This document shows positions 8,154 to 17,260 of a DNA stretch of 43,604 bases, one piece after another. Source of the DNA: a bacterium (GTDB lineage Bacteria > Zhuqueibacterota > Zhuqueibacteria > Zhuqueibacterales > Zhuqueibacteraceae). Position numbers and translations under genes: made by a program. How positions within the stretch are numbered: position 1 is the first letter of the stretch; each line of letters begins with the position of its first letter. Below the pieces are notes generated by a model. The model was not told the DNA's origin, searched no databases, and saw only the letters and a program-made list of their open reading frames with translations. The DNA is taken from the NCBI GenBank assembly GCA_044869275.1, contig JBIOXB010000073.1, positions 1 through 43,604 of the forward strand, given 5' to 3'.

Positions 8154-9862
8154 TTCTTCTTGTTGTTGTCCCACCAGGAAAGAAAAATGTTGTAAAATTG
8201 CGAAGTCTCCTCCCGCGTCGGGCTGTTTTCAAGCATCGTGAGCGAAGAGACGATACGATCTTCATCGCGCGACGCCCGGCCCTTGCTGAGATAAAAGCTC
8301 TTTTTGCGAAAACCGGTATCTCGCAGCATGATGGCATTGCCGCTGTGTTCCTCTACCATTAGAATCCCAATATCCTGGGAGAACTCATTGCACAAAATAT
8401 AAAGATCATAATTCACCGGGGCCGTCGTGAGGCTGACGTTGGCCGTGAGATCGCCCGGCCGGTAACGCAGGTAATGCTTGAGCACGGGCGAAAGCTCGGA
8501 ATGGTTCGATTTCAACCATTCGATCAATTCCAGAAAGACTCTATTGAGATCAACGGTCTCCAGATTTTTTTCCTTGACCTCGACTTTATTCGTGCCAGCC
8601 GCCTCGCCCTTGCGCTCCACCGCAGGCTTCAGCCCCGTGCCGCTCCCATTACCCAGGCCAGGTCCCGAACCCACTCCTCCTCTGCCCGGGTCCTCGCCAT
8701 AGCCGCCGCTGCCGCCGGAACCGCCACCGGTCCCGGTTCCCCCACGCGTTCCGCCACCACCACCACCATAGCCGACTTTGGTAGCCGCTAAGTCCGCGGT
8801 ATAACCCGTGGCACTCCCACTGGACGAGGCAGTCGGCAACCCGACCCCGGTGGGATTCTGATAATCTGGAGCGTTTTTGTCGGCTAGGATGATGCTCCCA
8901 ATATCGAGCTCGGGCAGAGCGGAAGCTTGCAAGGATGAAGTGATGCGCTGTGGCGGCGCCAATCCCGGGGTGGAGGGGCGTCCCAGTTGCGCGATTTCTT
9001 TCAGCCGTTCGATTGCCACCATGGGGACGTAGTTTTCAGGAGTGTTGATAGGCCCCGGCTGGCCGGGCGCGGGAGCGCCTGGCGCTGCGGGTTCCGTAGC
9101 AGCGCCTCCACCCGCACGTCTGCGAGCGGAACGAATTTCCGGAACAATTTTGGGCTCGATCTCTACATACTTGAAAATCGTTACCGTTTGGGGGTGTTCG
9201 CCTTCTTCCAGAGTTGACCAGTAAACCAGTACTCCCGCGAGATGCAGAACCGCAGCAATGGCCAGGCCGCGTGAAACATTTTTCTGATAAATTCTGTGGA
9301 GCTCTTGGCGGCCATAATCTGTCAAAAAATAAAAACCCTCGAACGAAATGGGCTGAAACTGTTCTCGCACCGCCTGCACAAATTTCGCCCAGGAGAAACG
9401 CGGAGTTTCTGGTGCCCAATCAAGTTCAAGGAGTGCCCGCGCTCGGGCCGGAAAAGTCGAGGCAGCAGCGAGAGCCGCAGGCTGGGTGGCGAGCGCATCC
9501 GCTGACGCAGCGGTGGCCAGCCAAGCGTGCAAAGTGTCGACCGGTATTTCGGCGGCCCGTGCAAATTTCCAGTTCGTGAGCTTGCCTTCTTCCCAGAGGT
9601 AACGCTGCACGATAAAGTTTTTGAAATTTTCACTGTACGTGACCACGCCGGCCTTTTCGGTCATCGCCTCGAGATGCGCGAGACGAAACCGCAAGACGTC
9701 CATTGTGATTTGGTCTTCACGCGAACGGCCCCGGGGCCGCGATTCCGGCGCGGCAGGCTGGGAAGACCAGTGCCTGCCGAGCCACCTGAAGAGACTGTTC
9801 TTAAAGCGGCGCAGCGAATAAGATTGTGGAGGCGTTTTCATCAGCTTGTCCAGAGGGAACAA
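8150..9862 (-). CDS. Inner-membrane protein: N-terminal HTH-like domain, TonB-type TM anchor, Pro/Gly-rich linker, unrecognised C-terminal domain
   Basis: YSENFKNFIV..FARAAEIPVDTLHAWL (HTH-like). DYGRQELHRIYQKNVSRGLAIAAVLHLAGVLVYW (TonB-like anchor with His). Long P/A- and G-rich tracts. Confidence 0.7.
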   Translation of the reverse strand: MFPLDKLMKTPPQSYSLRRFKNSLFRWLGRHWSSQPAAPESRPRGRSREDQITMDVLRFRLAHLEAMTEKAGVVTYSENFKNFIVQRYLWEEGKLTNWKFARAAEIPVDTLHAWLATAASADALATQPAALAAASTFPARARALLELDWAPETPRFSWAKFVQAVREQFQPISFEGFYFLTDYGRQELHRIYQKNVSRGLAIAAVLHLAGVLVYWSTLEEGEHPQTVTIFKYVEIEPKIVPEIRSARRRAGGGAATEPAAPGAPAPGQPGPINTPENYVPMVAIERLKEIAQLGRPSTPGLAPPQRITSSLQASALPELDIGSIILADKNAPDYQNPTGVGLPTASSSGSATGYTADLAATKVGYGGGGGGTRGGTGTGGGSGGSGGYGEDPGRGGVGSGPGLGNGSGTGLKPAVERKGEAAGTNKVEVKEKNLETVDLNRVFLELIEWLKSNHSELSPVLKHYLRYRPGDLTANVSLTTAPVNYDLYILCNEFSQDIGILMVEEHSGNAIMLRDTGFRKKSFYLSKGRASRDEDRIVSSLTMLENSPTREETSQFYNIFLSWWDNNKKK

Positions 9863-9878
9863 TCATAGTCCTCAATAA

Positions 9879-11780
9879 TTACGGATTCAAATGCACGGTT
9901 GCCTGAATCTGCTGCGGTAAATTGGCTGGAAGCTGCTTCAGCACTTTTTGGTAAATGCGCTCCGGCCGGCGATCCACCACGAGTTTTCTTTTGGGCGAAC
10001 GATAGGTGTTGCCGTCTGCCGATTTCCAGGCGAGATAGTAATAATAATTGCCGGCATCAGGATAGCCCCCGTCTTTTACTTTCCAATCCCACACCAAACG
10101 TTGCAAGATTTGCGGCTGATCTTTTTTGTTCTTGCGCCTGGCAACGGTCGAATCAAACCAGACTTTGCCGGCGGCGTCCTCAATTAGGAGCGTGCCCGAA
10201 ACCGGGCCCCAGCGCACGGTTTCATCCAAATTCAAACTGAAATCAAATACCGTCGCCGGCGCGCTGAATTTGCGCTCGAAATCTTCCGTGCGCACGGAGT
10301 CGGCACCGAGATAATTCTGCTGCTGCACCTTGGCCGAATCGGCCACGGCCACGAGCAAATTATCGGTGATCGGACCGTACAGCTCAATGTAGCGCAGAAT
10401 CAAGTGCGTGCGCCGCGCATCCGGCGGCACGATTACGGTGGTGCGAAAACCAGGATCGCGCAGGCGCTCGGCCAGGTTGCGAAACGCCTCACGATAACTC
10501 TTGGTGTGGTTCTTTTCCATTTCTTTCACCAGCGCCAAACTGTCGCGCGGCACACTGAAACGGCCCGTCTGTTTTTCCTCTGCGGCGATTTTATCCAGCA
10601 AGCGCGCGGCGCTCATGCGCGCGCTGCGTGTCGGAACCGGCGGTGAGGACAGATAAATATTGTCCGGTGTTTCAGGACGCGGGCTGCCGGTGGAATAAAA
10701 AATCGCGCGCGGCAATTCCGCACGCTCTTTGACGCTGATTTGCGCATCGATTTCGCGGAAAATGTGGGTGTCGACGATGGCGACAGTATCGACAGAAGAT
10801 CGCACGGTGAAGGCATCAGCCAAACTAATGGCCGGCGGCAGCGGCACGTTGGTTTGCACCCATTCCGGTTCGTAGGGCAACGCCCGCTTTTTGAAGTTGA
10901 AAATCAAGCCCAGCTCGTGCGAGCCGTCACTGGCGAGGTTGAGATCGTTGATGGGATAATTGTAACGATAATTCACGCTCACACCGCTGATCACGTGCAA
11001 CTGACCCTCGAAGGCCATGGCCTCCGCGCTGTAGCCGACTTTGAGATAGCCGCGCTCCAGCGACAACGCTTGCAGGAAAATTTGTGAAGAGAGTTCTTCG
11101 TTTTCGTGGAAGAAAGACAGGCCGGCGGCAAACTGGCTGAACCCGACCACCGCTCCCGCGCTGAGATAGCGCTCCAAACGCACTTCGCTGTTTTCTTGGA
11201 AGGCGATATTCGGGCGGTTGATGTTGTTTGCGCTCGCGCCGAGCTTGAGATAGCGGTTCACGTTGACGAAGATGCCCGCACCCAGGTTGAAAAGCGCCCA
11301 CTCCGAGGTTTGTTGCAGCAGCGGATCGTTCAAATCCGCACCCTCGAAATTCGAAAACGAGCGGTTGAGCACGCCGATGCTCACTCCGGCGCTCACGCGT
11401 TCCCCGATTTTGGTGCTGGCGATGGCATTGAGGGCAAGATCATTCATCACCGGGGTGTTGAGCACTTGGCCCTGAATGCCCCAGCCAAAATTCTTCTGGC
11501 CAAAGAGTGTTCTATCCCTGGTGGTGAGCCCGAAAAAATTATTGCGGAAGGAAAAAGTGTTCTCACCCACGCCGAGATGCAAAGCTTGCAGACCGGCGGT
11601 GAAAAGTGGATCCTGAAATGGCACAGCCGCAGGATTGGCCAAATTCAAACGCGCGTCCAGCATATCCGCGGGATTCGGCGTGATCAACGTTTGCGCGCGC
11701 AAAGCCAAGGAAGGCAGCAGCGCTGCCGCAAAGGTTAAAAGGCTTGCAAGGCCCTTGTACAGTCGTTTCTTTCCTTTCAT
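9879..11780 (-). CDS. PorP/SprF-family T9SS outer-membrane beta-barrel with long C-terminal extension
   Basis: Signal peptide. NPAA, DPLL, LGASANNINRPNI and YNYP..DGSHELGLIFNF are PorP/SprF motifs. The C-terminal WDWK..DAGNYYYYL is FlgD/Ig-like. Start set at MKGKK with an AGGA RBS. Confidence 0.8.
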   Translation of the reverse strand: MKGKKRLYKGLASLLTFAAALLPSLALRAQTLITPNPADMLDARLNLANPAAVPFQDPLFTAGLQALHLGVGENTFSFRNNFFGLTTRDRTLFGQKNFGWGIQGQVLNTPVMNDLALNAIASTKIGERVSAGVSIGVLNRSFSNFEGADLNDPLLQQTSEWALFNLGAGIFVNVNRYLKLGASANNINRPNIAFQENSEVRLERYLSAGAVVGFSQFAAGLSFFHENEELSSQIFLQALSLERGYLKVGYSAEAMAFEGQLHVISGVSVNYRYNYPINDLNLASDGSHELGLIFNFKKRALPYEPEWVQTNVPLPPAISLADAFTVRSSVDTVAIVDTHIFREIDAQISVKERAELPRAIFYSTGSPRPETPDNIYLSSPPVPTRSARMSAARLLDKIAAEEKQTGRFSVPRDSLALVKEMEKNHTKSYREAFRNLAERLRDPGFRTTVIVPPDARRTHLILRYIELYGPITDNLLVAVADSAKVQQQNYLGADSVRTEDFERKFSAPATVFDFSLNLDETVRWGPVSGTLLIEDAAGKVWFDSTVARRKNKKDQPQILQRLVWDWKVKDGGYPDAGNYYYYLAWKSADGNTYRSPKRKLVVDRRPERIYQKVLKQLPANLPQQIQATVHLNP

Positions 11781-11827
11781 ATGTTCTCTTCCTGTTTGCG
11801 AATATTCCTGAGCGAGAGAAATCTGCC

Positions 11828-14800
11828 TTACCTCACCACGCCAACGTGTCCGCTGCCCAGAGCTTTGTCGCCATCCTGCAAAATCCACATGTAAGTATGC
11901 GGAGAAACCAGCCGCCGTTCTTGATCTTGGCCGTTCCATCTGATGGTTTTGGTCTCGGCATTGCCTTCGAGCGTCGCAATCAACTGGCCGCGCATGTTGA
12001 AGATTTTGATGACCGGCTCGAATACTTCTTCGATGTCGGGAAACTCGAAATCGGCGAAATCATTGTAACCGTCGCTGTTGGGTGTAAACACCTCCGGCCT
12101 GACGCGCACGCCGCGATCGGGCCGGCCACGGCCGATGCCGGAGAGCTGCACGGTGCGGGGATCGCGGGTTTGCCGGCTTTTCACCAGCACCTCATTGAGG
12201 TGCGGGCCGGAAACCTCAGGTTTGAATTTGACCTGTACCAACACCGAGTCAAGTGACTTCAATTCCGGCAGCGGAAAAGCGGGCGAGATAATTTCGTACT
12301 CGCTGGTATGATCCAGCGCGGCCTCGACGTTTCTCAAATCCAGCGGCCCGCTGTTGATGATGTGAAATTCCCGCGTGGTGCTGTCCCTCCTGATGTACAG
12401 CCGGCCGAAATCCAAATTCTCAGGATAGACTCTCAAATCTGCAACCAGCTCGACGATTCCTCTTCCCATTAATTGCACCACATGCAGCGTGTCCCGGAAG
12501 GCATCGCTGACGAGCACGAAGGAACTGCGCAACTCACCGTCTCGGCTGGGTCTGAAGGTGATCTGCACGTCCTTGGTCTCACCCGGCTCCATCCGCAAAG
12601 GCAGACGCGGGAGTAATTCTATGGTGAAATCGGACTGAGGCTGCTGGACGCTCAAGATCGTCAACGGCGCTGTGCCGACGTTCTTGATGGCGTCGTAAGC
12701 CGTCACGCGGATGGACCGGCCGACGCGCTCACCTTCGAGGTTTAACGGCGACTGCGCGAAAATGGCTGCCGCCACACCGTCGCCACGCACAGCCACGCCA
12801 AATGTGGAATCTTCGCGAGCATTTCCGTTGCGGATTTTGGCAATCGGCACGTCCAGGGTGTCACCGAACAGACCAGGCTCCGGCGGCGCGAAACAGACGG
12901 AGATCGAGGCCTTGCCCCCGGGCAAGATCAACAAATCCAGACCTTGTCCTTCGACTTTAAAAGCGGTGCTCCGGCGCAGCGCAGCCGAGGCCACGGACAG
13001 ACTGTCACGCGACCGATTTTCGATTAACACGAACATGCAGCTGTCCTGTCCCACCCGCACTTTGCCAAAATTGAGTGGATTCGGGCCTACACCGAGGATC
13101 GGCGCCGAGCCGTTGCCCTGCAACTGCACCGCTTTCGGATTTTCATCGCCGTCATTGCTGGCGATATTCAATATCGCGAGACGCGCGAGCGAATCCGCGG
13201 GTGCAAACTTGATGGTTAACCTTGCAGTATCACCCGAGGCGAGAGAGAAGGGCACCGCGGGTGTGGCGGTGAGAGTGAAATCGTTCGGATGCTGCCCGGC
13301 GAGTGAGAATGAATGCACGCGCAGCGAGCAAGCACCGGTGTTGTGCAGCGTGTAAATCCTCTCGGCGAAACTGCCCACAGACGTTGATGGAAAAAGCAGC
13401 AGATTGGCGCCCGCGATGTTCGCCTGGCCCTTGTTCCCGGACAAAACAATCACGTAGGGATTTTCGTCCGGATCGTTGCTAACAATGGACAGCGTGGCGT
13501 GTGCCGATTGCGCCACAGCCGGATCGAACGAAACCGTCAGGGTAATCTTCTCGCCCGGCATGAGAGTATCGGGCACTGCTTGCGTTGTCGTATAAGCTGG
13601 ATCGGTGAACGTGAAGGCAGTCACGAACAGGGTGGCATCGCCTTCATTCGAGAAGATCAGTTCGCGCGTTGTTTTTGCGCAATCCGCGCCGAAGCTCAGG
13701 GTGTCGCGCTCAACAGCGATATCCGGTACTTTGGGCGGAACGGGCAGGCCATTGCCGATCAAACGCACAGTGAAGGGGTTGTCCGAAGCTGGACCGGGAT
13801 CGTTGTTGTAGACCAGCAGGTTGGCAACGAACAGGCCCACAGCCGGCGGGGTAAATGAAACAGGAATGCCCAGGCTGTCACCCGGCGGAATGATTCGACC
13901 GGTGAAATCGCCCACCACGGCGAACGGTTCCTGCGCCAGGATTTTGGGCAGATCCTTGTTCGCCGCGAGATCTTTGACCACAATCGCGGAATCCACCACC
14001 AGATCACAAACGCCCACGTTGCGGACAAAAACCGTGTCGATCTCTGTTTGATTCACCGGCGTCGGCGGAAAGAGGTGTTCTTCCGGCCCGGCGATTTGGC
14101 CCGAAACTGCTTCGCCTGAAACCGGAATCAGCACCGGCGGCACGTCGGGATTCTGCCAAACGATGCGGAGCGTGTCCGTGACCCTTTCCAGCGTTTGCGG
14201 CTTGAACCCGATGGTCAACGCCTGGCTCTGGCCCGGCAGAACTTGAAAATCGGTCGTCGGCTCGACGCTGAATTCCGGACGGCCCACGGTAAAGCCGAGC
14301 GAGGCTGCGACGACTGCGACCGAACCATTGTTGACGATTTCCACCACTTGCGTGCTGTCGCCGCCCAAACACACGGAGAGAAACGCCAGCTGAGGAGGTC
14401 TGGGAAAGACATTGACTTGTTGCCCTGCGCCGTGCAGCACGATGCGCACCGGATTTGAATCCGGTGCATTGTTCTCCACCAGCAGCGTCGCGAAATGCTC
14501 GCCGGCGCGGAGAGGACTAAAGGTGACCGGCAGATTGAGTGTGTCGCCAGAGCGCAGAGTGGACGGCAGGCCGGAGACATCCACGGAAAAAGATGAAGAA
14601 TCGGCGCCAGTGAGGCGCGCGGCGCGAATGTCCAAATCACATTGCGCGGCGTTCCAAATCAAAGCGCTGGCGCCTCGCGATTGCTGCAGCGGCACCACAC
14701 CAAATTCCACGGTATCGACTGCCGCGACTTGCGGTGACAAAACTTTTCCCGGCACGACAATCTGATGCGGACTGCCTGGGGCATTGGACCAAAAGGTGAC

Positions 14801-17260
14801 GCGCAATTCGAAATCGCGCGGCGGCTGGGTGATTTCTATGGGGATGGTTGCGCTGTCGCCCGGCGCGATAATGAGCGGCACAGAAGCTGGATGCGACACG
14901 AATGAAGATGACGTCGATGTTGTTTGTTGCAAGAACGCGATCGCGACTCTGAAGGAATCGACGCGCAGCTCACAAGACGTGCTGGTGTTAAAAATCACGA
15001 TTCTGGTTTCACCCGATCGGCCGAGACAAACTTCGAGCCGCGGCGGCCTGGCCGCCAATGCGATCTGCGGCCGTTCGCCCTTGCCGGTCAATGCCACCGT
15101 TTCCGCACCGGCATTGCTTTGTAATGCCAACGTCCCCCTGGAGGTGCTGGTGTCAGCAGGCGTGAAGCGAATCGGCACAAAGAGCGCTTGATTGGGCAGC
15201 AAGGTGAAAGGGAAAACCAAGCCGGTGGTATCGATCGCAAAAGCAGGGTTGGAAATAGTTGCGCTGTTGATGACGATATTGACCAGGCCGAGGTTTCTGA
15301 TTTGAACATAATCGCGAACGGTGGTATCCACGCAAGCGGCGAGCGTTAATGCTCGCGGCGTCACTTCCCAGCGCGGTTGGGGTGTGGTGCCGGTGCCGCG
15401 CAATGCCACTGCCAGTGGATTCGTGTCGGTATCATTGCTGAAAACTTGCAGCGTGGCGTTGCGTTCACCCACGGCTTTCGGATTGAAAGTGACGGGCAAG
15501 AGCAGACTATCGCCGGCACCCAGTTCCACGGGAAAATTGCTTGGTACCACGGAGAAGTCGGCGGCATGCGCGCCGGTGATGCGCACCGAGTCGACGCGCA
15601 GCACACAGCTTCCTACTGCACGAATGGCGACCCTGTCCAAGCGGCTCATGCCCACTTCTGTTGCCGGGAAAATTAAGCTCGCCGGCCCGGCAATCTGCGG
15701 CGAGATGCCTTCACCGCGCAGAATAATGGCGAACGGATTATGATCGGGATCGTTGCTGGAGACAAACAGCGTATCTTGAAAAACGCCCACAAGGTTTGGG
15801 GCAAAACTAACGGAAATAATCAAGCGTTCGCCCGGCTGCAGACGCGCTGCGCGGCCTTCAAATTTGAATACCGGACTGTTCAGCTCGAAAGCGGATATGA
15901 TCAACTCCGCAGAACCATCATTGGAAAGAGTATCCTTGAGAACGGCTTCGGTATTCAAACAAACCTGGCCGAATAAGACCGGATTGGGGCTCGCCACCAG
16001 CCTCGCGGGTTTTTGGCGCACGGCATAAATTTTCCGCAAGCTGGGGACGTACATCGTGCCGTTCGAGCCGAAGGCGGGAGAGTATTTGCATTGCACCTCA
16101 GGCAGGCGCCACAGAATTCGCTTGTCCGGCGCGAGCGCGAACAAACCAAAATCCGAACGCTCATTCACAATAAAAATGTTTCCTTGCGCATCGACCACCG
16201 GCATGGTTTTGTAGCGCGAAGTGCCAAGATCAAGAGGCCAACCGGCCTTGGGTCTGCCTTCCGGCGTCAAAGCGAGCAACAAGCCGCGATCGAATCCGGC
16301 GAAATAAATCGTGCCGTCAGGGCCGAGGGCGGGCGGGGAAGGAGGACCATAAGTTTGGTCGTAAGCATGGGCCCAAACTTCGTTGCCAGTTTCGGCGTTG
16401 AGCGCAACCACAAGCGCATTCGTGCGGGACCCGGCGTACACCAAGTTGCCATTCGGACTTATCACCACCCACGCCACTTCGCCGAGTCTCGCAAGACTCC
16501 ATTTTGCGATTCTGTTGCAAGACGGGTCAAAAACATAAATGTTATTTCCGGCAGGGGCATAGACTCTGCCGCTCGCACTCAAGGCAGGTGTTGCTCCCGG
16601 CTTTTCACCATCAAAATTTGCGGTGCACAGCAAACTGCCGGAAGAATTGAAGACGTAGAGCCGCCCGTCATCGACGGGGACATAGAGATGTCCGTCATTG
16701 TCCACATTCGCCGCCGCGCTGACAAAGCCACCAACCGCTGCGCGCCAGCGCAAGTTGCCGTTGAGATCGAGCGAGAGAAAACTGCCTTGCTGCGTGCCGA
16801 CGTAAATATTGCCATCTTTGCCGATCACCGGCGGCGACGAGAAGGTCTCGTTGCCGTTTCCTCCCTGCCGGGCCCGGCTGAATTGCCATTTCTTGGAGCC
16901 ATCCGCATTCAACGCGTAGACAAATTCGTCTCCTCGGCTAATGAAGATAATGCTGCCCTCTGGCCCGACCACGGGCGATTCAATTTTCTCTGATCCGATC
17001 GGAACTGTCCATTGCAGTTCGGGGAGTAGAGGCCCATTGACGGCGGCACGGCCGTTCAACGCGGCGTTGAAACGGTAGAGTGGCCATGAAGATTGGGCAA
17101 GCGCATTTTGCGCAAGGCCCATTCCGGCCAGAATGAGAACGCACAGCATGGCTTGGCTGTGCAGGTGTGGCGAGAGTGTCGGACGAACCCCGGCTGCTTT
17201 TTTGCATCTTCCCTGAGCAAAAAGAACTGGCATCACGATTTTAGTCGAGGCTTGAACCAT
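11828..17260 (-). CDS. Large surface adhesin: PQQ-like beta-propeller, 12 ASH/choice-of-anchor-D Ig repeats, type B (gliding-motility/CHU_C) T9SS CTD
   Basis: SWPLYRFN..GR start, repeated SxPxxGxDGxIY..LxA..G..W blades, repeats ending SNDxDxNP..LxGxG, and C-terminal VFTPNSDGYND..IFNMRG..WNG..SGHVGVVR. The start codon is uncertain. Confidence 0.9.
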   Translation of the reverse strand: MVQASTKIVMPVLFAQGRCKKAAGVRPTLSPHLHSQAMLCVLILAGMGLAQNALAQSSWPLYRFNAALNGRAAVNGPLLPELQWTVPIGSEKIESPVVGPEGSIIFISRGDEFVYALNADGSKKWQFSRARQGGNGNETFSSPPVIGKDGNIYVGTQQGSFLSLDLNGNLRWRAAVGGFVSAAANVDNDGHLYVPVDDGRLYVFNSSGSLLCTANFDGEKPGATPALSASGRVYAPAGNNIYVFDPSCNRIAKWSLARLGEVAWVVISPNGNLVYAGSRTNALVVALNAETGNEVWAHAYDQTYGPPSPPALGPDGTIYFAGFDRGLLLALTPEGRPKAGWPLDLGTSRYKTMPVVDAQGNIFIVNERSDFGLFALAPDKRILWRLPEVQCKYSPAFGSNGTMYVPSLRKIYAVRQKPARLVASPNPVLFGQVCLNTEAVLKDTLSNDGSAELIISAFELNSPVFKFEGRAARLQPGERLIISVSFAPNLVGVFQDTLFVSSNDPDHNPFAIILRGEGISPQIAGPASLIFPATEVGMSRLDRVAIRAVGSCVLRVDSVRITGAHAADFSVVPSNFPVELGAGDSLLLPVTFNPKAVGERNATLQVFSNDTDTNPLAVALRGTGTTPQPRWEVTPRALTLAACVDTTVRDYVQIRNLGLVNIVINSATISNPAFAIDTTGLVFPFTLLPNQALFVPIRFTPADTSTSRGTLALQSNAGAETVALTGKGERPQIALAARPPRLEVCLGRSGETRIVIFNTSTSCELRVDSFRVAIAFLQQTTSTSSSFVSHPASVPLIIAPGDSATIPIEITQPPRDFELRVTFWSNAPGSPHQIVVPGKVLSPQVAAVDTVEFGVVPLQQSRGASALIWNAAQCDLDIRAARLTGADSSSFSVDVSGLPSTLRSGDTLNLPVTFSPLRAGEHFATLLVENNAPDSNPVRIVLHGAGQQVNVFPRPPQLAFLSVCLGGDSTQVVEIVNNGSVAVVAASLGFTVGRPEFSVEPTTDFQVLPGQSQALTIGFKPQTLERVTDTLRIVWQNPDVPPVLIPVSGEAVSGQIAGPEEHLFPPTPVNQTEIDTVFVRNVGVCDLVVDSAIVVKDLAANKDLPKILAQEPFAVVGDFTGRIIPPGDSLGIPVSFTPPAVGLFVANLLVYNNDPGPASDNPFTVRLIGNGLPVPPKVPDIAVERDTLSFGADCAKTTRELIFSNEGDATLFVTAFTFTDPAYTTTQAVPDTLMPGEKITLTVSFDPAVAQSAHATLSIVSNDPDENPYVIVLSGNKGQANIAGANLLLFPSTSVGSFAERIYTLHNTGACSLRVHSFSLAGQHPNDFTLTATPAVPFSLASGDTARLTIKFAPADSLARLAILNIASNDGDENPKAVQLQGNGSAPILGVGPNPLNFGKVRVGQDSCMFVLIENRSRDSLSVASAALRRSTAFKVEGQGLDLLILPGGKASISVCFAPPEPGLFGDTLDVPIAKIRNGNAREDSTFGVAVRGDGVAAAIFAQSPLNLEGERVGRSIRVTAYDAIKNVGTAPLTILSVQQPQSDFTIELLPRLPLRMEPGETKDVQITFRPSRDGELRSSFVLVSDAFRDTLHVVQLMGRGIVELVADLRVYPENLDFGRLYIRRDSTTREFHIINSGPLDLRNVEAALDHTSEYEIISPAFPLPELKSLDSVLVQVKFKPEVSGPHLNEVLVKSRQTRDPRTVQLSGIGRGRPDRGVRVRPEVFTPNSDGYNDFADFEFPDIEEVFEPVIKIFNMRGQLIATLEGNAETKTIRWNGQDQERRLVSPHTYMWILQDGDKALGSGHVGVVR

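Noticed and set aside
8620..8790. Low-complexity CCG/CCA-rich DNA
   Set aside because: Explained by the Gly-rich linker codons of the 8150-9862 protein.
9517..9650. Transposase remnant inside the 8150-9862 gene
   Set aside because: Only an HTH-like segment, in frame within an intact ORF, with no DDE domain or terminal repeats. Treated as a domain.
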